From positions 1 to 64,000 of the forward strand of contig CAVQKE010000007.1 of NCBI GenBank assembly GCA_963713045.1: a stretch of DNA of 64,000 nucleotides. The letters run 5' to 3'. Position numbers and translations under genes: made by a program. Positions 58,477 to 64,000 of this stretch are shown here, piece by piece; position 1 is the first letter of the stretch, and each line of letters opens with the position of its first letter. The notes beneath the pieces are model-generated. The model saw only the letters and a list, made by a program, of their open reading frames with translations, was not told the DNA's origin and searched no databases. This DNA comes from an uncultured delta proteobacterium. GTDB taxonomy: Bacteria; Myxococcota; Myxococcia; Myxococcales; Myxococcaceae.

Positions 58477-59105
58477 AGGTCGCCATGAGCTCAATACCTC
58501 CCCCCAGAACTGACCCGTCGCTCTTAAATAACTTACCCGTGGAAAGCATCGGGAGGGCACTGGTCGCGCTCCACCGCGCGAATTCGGCTCGTGACACGTT
58601 CGCTGACTCCTGGATTCCGGCTCCTCTCCGAGGCGTGGCCAAGGACCCCATTCCCGATGTAGGCGACACGCTCTATTCCATCGTCCGCTCACAACTCGAC
58701 CAGCTCAACGTACTCCTCAAGCTTGGACAGAGTGAAATGAGTCGCGTTGCGAGAGCTTGGCCCATTCCCGAACGCCCAGCGCGGCTGGTTGTTCAGCTTC
58801 ATGGCCCTTCAGGACAAGACATCACCGGGAACGCCTCGTTCAAGAATCGCTTTCCGCGCAAGGTGCTTCCGCGCATTCGCTACGCGCCTTTCATTACACG
58901 TGACGGACTGCCCGCGGGAACCGTCGTTCCGAGTTTTTCCTTTGAGCCGCCGGGGGAAGTTGATGTTTGTGGAATGTGCACGCTGACTGTTTCGGTACCT
59001 GGCTCGGCGTTTAACTCGAGTAAGGGATGGTATTTCTCGGATGGCCGAATCCTCGTGGACGGGGAGACTCTCGCCCTCCTGACAATCGAACTTCAACTGC
59101 TTTAG
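58473..59105 (+). CDS. Hypothetical protein
   Basis: 210-aa ORF with an ATGA overlap on the synthase stop; no recognisable motif. Confidence 0.6.
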   Translation: MKVAMSSIPPPRTDPSLLNNLPVESIGRALVALHRANSARDTFADSWIPAPLRGVAKDPIPDVGDTLYSIVRSQLDQLNVLLKLGQSEMSRVARAWPIPERPARLVVQLHGPSGQDITGNASFKNRFPRKVLPRIRYAPFITRDGLPAGTVVPSFSFEPPGEVDVCGMCTLTVSVPGSAFNSSKGWYFSDGRILVDGETLALLTIELQLL

Positions 59106-59123
59106 TTCTGTTGAGGGGCTTTG

Positions 59124-59489
59124 ATGTCATTGCACAACGGCCACGTTAGCGCTGATGCCGCGGAAGAGGTCATCGTCGAGCTGATCCGGGCAGTGCAGTC
59201 GGCCATTCTCCTGCATCCGACAGCAGCTCAGGGAATCTACAGCGCTCTGGTGCATGAGGGTCGTCGATTTTCCAAAACGCCGGAGGGCGACGCGTGGCGG
59301 TCAAGGCTTGTTGGAAGCACTCTCGTTGAACGCGGGCGCACGCTGCTGGAAGTGGTGACTATGGGGCTTCTCGACGAAGACGAGCGCGAGGGCCTTCCGA
59401 CGCGTCTGCTCGATGTCTTGGCCATCGCTATCCGTCAAGGTGCGTTGGAGACAATCCTCGGCCGGGCGGTGTCTGAGGTGCAACCTTGA
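59124..59489 (+). CDS. Hypothetical small helical protein
   Basis: GAGGGG RBS plus ATG; HPTAAQGIYSALVHEGRRFSKTPEG; in the operon. Confidence 0.7.
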   Translation: MSLHNGHVSADAAEEVIVELIRAVQSAILLHPTAAQGIYSALVHEGRRFSKTPEGDAWRSRLVGSTLVERGRTLLEVVTMGLLDEDEREGLPTRLLDVLAIAIRQGALETILGRAVSEVQP

Positions 59490-59779
59490 GGCAGGCTGAC
59501 TTGACCGAGACGCTCGACGCGAGCGACAGCCAGAATACTTTCCTGCTCCTAACGCTTGGCTGCCTTTCGGCGTTGGCATTTTTCGCCTCTGTGCTCGGCA
59601 CCTGTGACACCCAACAAGCCGCGGAGTCCGACGGAGGGAGTGATGCAATGCTCGCAGTCCTTGGAGCGATTTCACTGTCACAGCGTATGGAAGCACTCAT
59701 CTCCGCCGCGGTGAGCGAACACAATCAGCGCCCTGGCCGTCCACCAGCCATTCCGCCCTTTCGCGAGTTCAGAAGATGA
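59486..59779 (+). CDS. Small hypothetical protein with hydrophobic segments
   Basis: 4-nt overlaps on both sides (TTGA, ATGA); FLLLTLGCLSALAFFASVLG. Confidence 0.55.
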   Translation: MRQADLTETLDASDSQNTFLLLTLGCLSALAFFASVLGTCDTQQAAESDGGSDAMLAVLGAISLSQRMEALISAAVSEHNQRPGRPPAIPPFREFRR

Positions 59780-60819
59780 GCGCAATGCAGACTGCACCGA
59801 TGCGCGGGGCGTCCATCGGCGACTACGTCCGAAGAACCGCCGTGCCTAGGCCGCCGCAGTCGAACTTTTGGGAGTGGTTTCACTTCGCGATCCGAACGCC
59901 TCAAGGGCCTGACGTGGTGGTGAATTTCTGCACCGCAGGAGATCCCCGGACCCGACCCTCCGAGGACGCGTGGTTTGGATGTTGCACTGTGCTTGTGCAT
60001 GACGGCACCTGGTCGGGCGATTGTGTGAGACACGAGCAGCGAACAGTCCAACTTGGAGCCGGTCGGATCCTGGTGGCGATGCCGGATCACAGGCTTAGTT
60101 TCCAGGATGACCTGTATCGTCTCCGCGCCAGCGCGCACCGCGACCGGGTCGCAGTCGATTTGCAACTCGTTCCCCTTGCGATGCCGGCGACCGCCGCCGG
60201 CGTTCGCCTGGCCAGCAACAGTCGCCTGAGTTGGCATGTCGTGCCACGTCTTGCCGCCAGTGGCACGGTCGAAATACGGGGGCGCAACTATCACCTCAAA
60301 GAAGCACCGGCCTACCACGACCACAACTGGGGACCGATCGCGGCGGGCGATCTCTCCTGGGAATGGGGCTATGCAATACCGGAGGGGAACTGTGTGCTCC
60401 AGAGCGTGTTTTTTGTTCGACTCCTCGACCGAGCTCAGTCCACAACTTACATGCAAGGCCTCTTCGTCTGGAAAAACGGTCAGCCCCTACGCGTTTTCAG
60501 AGATCGAGAACTGAGCGTTTCGCAGTCGGGTGCAAGGCCCCAACGCTGCCCGACCCGCCCACGCGAGTGCGCTCTTCTTCTCCCTCCGACTGTCGTCGAT
60601 GTCCCGGGATCCCTGACCGTCACCGCAGGCCGCGGCGAAGACTGGCTATCGCTTTCGGTCGAACTGCTCGACGCAATTCGCATCGCGATCCCGGATGGTC
60701 CTACGGAAGAGCTGCTTGTCATCCACGAAACGAGAGGAGCCGCCGTCCTTCGTGGCTCGATCGAGCGCACATCCTTCAATTTCCCCGCCAATGGCTTCTT
60801 CGAATTCATCACTCATTAA
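59776..60819 (+). CDS. AttH/CrtC/tocopherol-cyclase-like (lipocalin-like) protein
   Basis: FWEWFHF near the N-terminus; ASGTVEIRG...AYHDHNWG...WEWGY is typical of this beta-barrel superfamily. Confidence 0.65.
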   Translation: MSAMQTAPMRGASIGDYVRRTAVPRPPQSNFWEWFHFAIRTPQGPDVVVNFCTAGDPRTRPSEDAWFGCCTVLVHDGTWSGDCVRHEQRTVQLGAGRILVAMPDHRLSFQDDLYRLRASAHRDRVAVDLQLVPLAMPATAAGVRLASNSRLSWHVVPRLAASGTVEIRGRNYHLKEAPAYHDHNWGPIAAGDLSWEWGYAIPEGNCVLQSVFFVRLLDRAQSTTYMQGLFVWKNGQPLRVFRDRELSVSQSGARPQRCPTRPRECALLLPPTVVDVPGSLTVTAGRGEDWLSLSVELLDAIRIAIPDGPTEELLVIHETRGAAVLRGSIERTSFNFPANGFFEFITH

Positions 60820-61219
60820 GCTCCCATTGCGAGTCTGGCTCCAGCAGGGCGCGACAGACCTCCTCCACGACTACCCAGCGGGGCACGACCGTCTTTGCAA
60901 ACTCCTTTCAATGGTTCCAATGAGGCTGCAGCTCAATCTCGACGCCGCCTACTTGGCAAGCGACGGCCATGCACTCATCGTCACCGAGGAAGCATCCTCT
61001 CAAGTCAACATCTCCTGCACCAGCGACAGCCTCTTTCGACTCCTCGATGGTCTGGACTCAGTCGGAGACGCGGCGCGGAGTGGCGCCCTCCTGGTGCAGG
61101 GCTCGTCCCAGGCGATACAACGTGCCGCCGCCGCGTTCCAATGCGCGCTTCACGCGGCCATTCGTACCCCGACGCTCGCACGTCTCCTGGACAGATATCG
61201 AACCCTTCACAATCGATGA
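60791..61219 (+). CDS. SCP2 sterol-carrier-like lipid-binding protein
   Basis: SDSLFRLLDGLDSVGDAARSGALLVQGS matches the SCP2 pattern (L..l..G......A...G.l.v.G); start uncertain. Confidence 0.55.
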   Translation: MASSNSSLIKLPLRVWLQQGATDLLHDYPAGHDRLCKLLSMVPMRLQLNLDAAYLASDGHALIVTEEASSQVNISCTSDSLFRLLDGLDSVGDAARSGALLVQGSSQAIQRAAAAFQCALHAAIRTPTLARLLDRYRTLHNR

Positions 61220-61237
61220 CAGCTACTGGAGGCACCG

Positions 61238-63466
61238 ATGCAACCAATTGAAGCGCCGAGCCCCGATTCGAAACCCCCGACGAACCATAGTAGCGGGCCA
61301 ATTTCGGACGTCTACGACGTCGTTATTTTCGGTGCTGGAATAGCGGGCATGACGGCGGCACATGAACTGCTTGCAAGGAACTTCAAAGTCTTGGTCGTCG
61401 ACAAGGACCATGCCGTGGGAGGGGTGGCGAAAAGCCAACCCGCCTACGTCTTCCGCAATGAGTGGGGACCAACCAGAGACGCTGCGTCCAAGGTTGCTCC
61501 GCCCAGGTTCGTCCGAGCCCTGCCGCAGCCGCACCAGCTCCCGCGGGTTAAGTGGGATTTTAAGGCCGACCAACCGGACGTTTACAGTTTTAGTCGCCTT
61601 AAAGACAGTTTGATCGAATTCTGGTTGAAAGAACCAAAGCGAGTTGACGTTATTCCCTACTATGCCTCGGACCAAAGTGACGCCTATAGCCGACTTGAGC
61701 GTTTAGTCACGCAGCTCAAGGCAGCCGTCACCCCACACATACCGAGTCATCTCTTTGACTTATTAAATCGGAACGTGCCCGCGCAACTGCGTGCCGAATA
61801 CGACGGTTGTTTCGATTTTACCTGTCAGTTCGAGCTCCCAGGCGAGCACGGTTTCAGGTTCTTTCCATCCTACTATGACAATCTCTTTGACACCATGCAG
61901 CGCACGCCCCTCGTTTCGGATAGTGACATCGGGTCTAAAACGGCTGACGAACCGGGACATTCCGTCTACGACAATCTCAGCCCAACGAAAGACCTAGGAA
62001 TTGGGCTTGTTGGCACCGAGCGCTCCTTTACTATTAAGAGGAGTCTTCCACGATCTCTAGATGCGATCCGCGCCTTTGTAAGAGACCTTCAGGAAAAGCT
62101 CGGGTTTTCGCTCCGCGATATGATTCGCATGGAGACCAAGCTCTTTCTCTACGCAACGTCGTGCGCGGACAGAAGGAAAAAGTATGAAAAGATTTCGTGG
62201 TTCCAGTTTGTCGATGGTGACGCTTACAGCGAGAAGGTTAGCACCTACTTGCAATCGTCGAGCCAGGCGCTAGGGGCTCTTCGCGCGACGGAGTGCGACG
62301 CCCGTACCTATGGGAATACGGTCCTGCAGCTCTTGACCGATCAGCTGACGGACGGTTCGCACTCTGATTCCACACTAGCCGGTCCGACCACGGAGTCCTG
62401 GTTCGCGCACTGGAAGCATTTTCTTCAACGAGAAGGGGTGCAGTTTTTGAAAGGAACACTAAAAGGGTTTGAGGAGGCCGAAGGAAGACTCCTACCAATC
62501 GTAGACGATTGGTCGATCAAACCACCCCCCTCTGCAGTCAACTATAGGAAAGCTAAGTACTTCGTTCTGGCTGCATCGGTCCAGGAGGCGGCGCGCCTAG
62601 CGTGGACGTTTGAGGCAGAGACAAGGAACGCAAAGGACTTTCAAGGACTCAGAGAGTTTATAACAAAGGATTGGGAACAGGACTTGGCAAAGGCAAAACC
62701 GGACGGTCCGCTGCAGCACCTTAGCGGAATCCAGTATTTTTTTCGTGAAGAAATACATTTAGTCGACGGGCACACCTTGTACCCCGACGCCCCGTGGGGC
62801 CTAACCTCGGTTTCCCAAACATCCCATTGGTTCCGTTACCGTGGACGCTGGGACGGGTTTCGCAGCGTGCTCTCGGTCGACATCGCTGACTGGAGCACTC
62901 CAGACAAACATGGCCAGAAGGCTTGGGACTGCGCGGCCGACGAGATCGCCGCGAGCGTTTGGGAGCAAATTAGTGAAACCCTCTCGAAGCAGACGCTCGT
63001 CGATAATTCGGGGCCGCTACCAGATCCGGCGTACTATCATATTGACGACAATATTAACGTCGATGTATCTCCCAAGAGCGACCATGCGCCATTTCTAGTG
63101 AACATCAAAGACAGCTACGCCATACGTCCTGGAACGTTAGACGCTTACGACGTTTACAGGGGTTGGGTGCTCGCCGGTAACTACATGAAAACTTATACGA
63201 GATTGACCACGATGGAGGCGCCGAACGAATCTGCTCGACACGCGGTTAATGCCATTCTAAAGGACCACAAGTACCGCGGCGACAGGGTGCCAATCGTCAA
63301 TCTTGAGACAACAGAGCCGGCCGATATAGCATGGCTGAAGAGGCTTGATCAATATTTGTTGGATAATGACGCGCCGCATTTCTTGGAGATTTCTGGGGGA
63401 ACTAAAGTGTTGCTAAAGCTTATGCCCTCGGACGCCCGTGCTTTTCAGGAGATTTTGGACTGGTAG
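61238..63466 (+). CDS. FAD-dependent oxidoreductase of the amine oxidase/phytoene-desaturase (HpnE/CrtQ-like) superfamily
   Basis: VVIFGAGIAGMTAAHEL...GGVAKS, LPGEHGFRFFPSYY, LAGPTTESWF.HW, LSGIQYF, APWGLTSVSQ, LSVDIADW, LAGNY...LTTMEAPNESARHAVN. Confidence 0.85.
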   Translation: MQPIEAPSPDSKPPTNHSSGPISDVYDVVIFGAGIAGMTAAHELLARNFKVLVVDKDHAVGGVAKSQPAYVFRNEWGPTRDAASKVAPPRFVRALPQPHQLPRVKWDFKADQPDVYSFSRLKDSLIEFWLKEPKRVDVIPYYASDQSDAYSRLERLVTQLKAAVTPHIPSHLFDLLNRNVPAQLRAEYDGCFDFTCQFELPGEHGFRFFPSYYDNLFDTMQRTPLVSDSDIGSKTADEPGHSVYDNLSPTKDLGIGLVGTERSFTIKRSLPRSLDAIRAFVRDLQEKLGFSLRDMIRMETKLFLYATSCADRRKKYEKISWFQFVDGDAYSEKVSTYLQSSSQALGALRATECDARTYGNTVLQLLTDQLTDGSHSDSTLAGPTTESWFAHWKHFLQREGVQFLKGTLKGFEEAEGRLLPIVDDWSIKPPPSAVNYRKAKYFVLAASVQEAARLAWTFEAETRNAKDFQGLREFITKDWEQDLAKAKPDGPLQHLSGIQYFFREEIHLVDGHTLYPDAPWGLTSVSQTSHWFRYRGRWDGFRSVLSVDIADWSTPDKHGQKAWDCAADEIAASVWEQISETLSKQTLVDNSGPLPDPAYYHIDDNINVDVSPKSDHAPFLVNIKDSYAIRPGTLDAYDVYRGWVLAGNYMKTYTRLTTMEAPNESARHAVNAILKDHKYRGDRVPIVNLETTEPADIAWLKRLDQYLLDNDAPHFLEISGGTKVLLKLMPSDARAFQEILDW

Positions 63467-63484
63467 GTTCTACGTTGGGCGGCG

Positions 63485-64000
63485 CTAGTTGGGGATGAGC
63501 ATTCGGAGCAGTCTGGGTGGGCTCTTTACCCCGAGCGAAGTGAGTTTAGCGTGTTCGGTCGCTTCTGCACCTGGCTGCGCCGCCGCTCGCGAGGCAGCCG
63601 CGTAGAGGGCCATGCCTGCTAGGTCGAAGGCAGCCGCAGCGGCTTCAAGGTGTCGTTTTCCCGCCGCCTCGTCATCATCGAGGCGCGCCACACCAGCCCG
63701 TAAAGCGCAGGCGAAACCAATCGAGAGCTGCAAGTCTTCGCGCTCGAGCTGACCGACCGCTGAGCGCGCTATGGCGAGCAGCTGCTTCGGCGCAACGTGG
63801 CCAATTTCACCTCGAGCAGCAGAGTTCGCTGCCGCCAGAGCGACTCGCCCGCGAAGGTGCTGCGCTTCAGAACGAACGACACGGGCGCGCAAGAAGAACG
63901 CGCTTCGGAGTTGCGCCCACGCGGCTTCGACGCGACGAAGGGCTGACCACGCGTCTCCGCGGTAGAGGTCTGCCTGAGCCGCCGCGAAGAGATGGTGGTA
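63485..64000 (-). CDS. C-terminal helical region of a large myxobacterial kinase/AAA-ATPase-type protein (partial)
   Basis: Ala-rich helical repeats ending ...FDLAGMALYAAA...LGVKSPPRLLRMLIPN, like the C-termini I associate with kinase-AAA proteins. The frame continues past the window edge. Confidence 0.55.
   Translation of the reverse strand, partial: YHHLFAAAQADLYRGDAWSALRRVEAAWAQLRSAFFLRARVVRSEAQHLRGRVALAAANSAARGEIGHVAPKQLLAIARSAVGQLEREDLQLSIGFACALRAGVARLDDDEAAGKRHLEAAAAAFDLAGMALYAAASRAAAQPGAEATEHAKLTSLGVKSPPRLLRMLIPN

Noticed and set aside
57414..63466. Calling the operon a standard carotenoid (crtE/crtC/crtI) or hopanoid cluster
   Set aside because: There is no phytoene/squalene synthase or cyclase, and the oxidoreductase has GEHGFRFFP-type motifs rather than CrtI ones, so gene symbols were withheld.

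Overview
The window has two parts that look unrelated, joined abruptly at about 34,920. Left (1 to ~34,920, minus strand) is one giant autotransporter-type beta-helical passenger gene of more than 11,600 codons. It is open at both ends and broken by only three single-base frameshifts. It is built from PATR-like repeats arranged into 12 higher-order super-modules. Right (~34,921 to 64,000) looks myxobacterial and is frameshift-rich. It carries two Ser/Thr kinases, a MerR-HTH/TPR gene, LigC ligase, Prim-PolC, cidA/lrgB, a GST, a cupin and tRNA-Arg(CCG). An accessory region follows the tRNA: ester cyclase, rhomboid, a pair of tandem DUF1554-like lipoproteins, an NHL-repeat lipoprotein, an IS66 remnant and an IS3 element. 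It ends in a lower-GC, tightly coupled 7-gene isoprenoid-type operon: polyprenyl diphosphate synthase, three unknowns, an AttH/CrtC-like protein, an SCP2-like protein and an FAD oxidoreductase with a large insertion. That operon is the best candidate for an undescribed pathway. A multi-hairpin intergenic element at ~43.0-43.2 kb is a candidate ncRNA. Many frameshifts are probably long-read errors, and the 34.9 kb junction is probably chimeric. All family calls come from motif recognition by eye; no searches were run.
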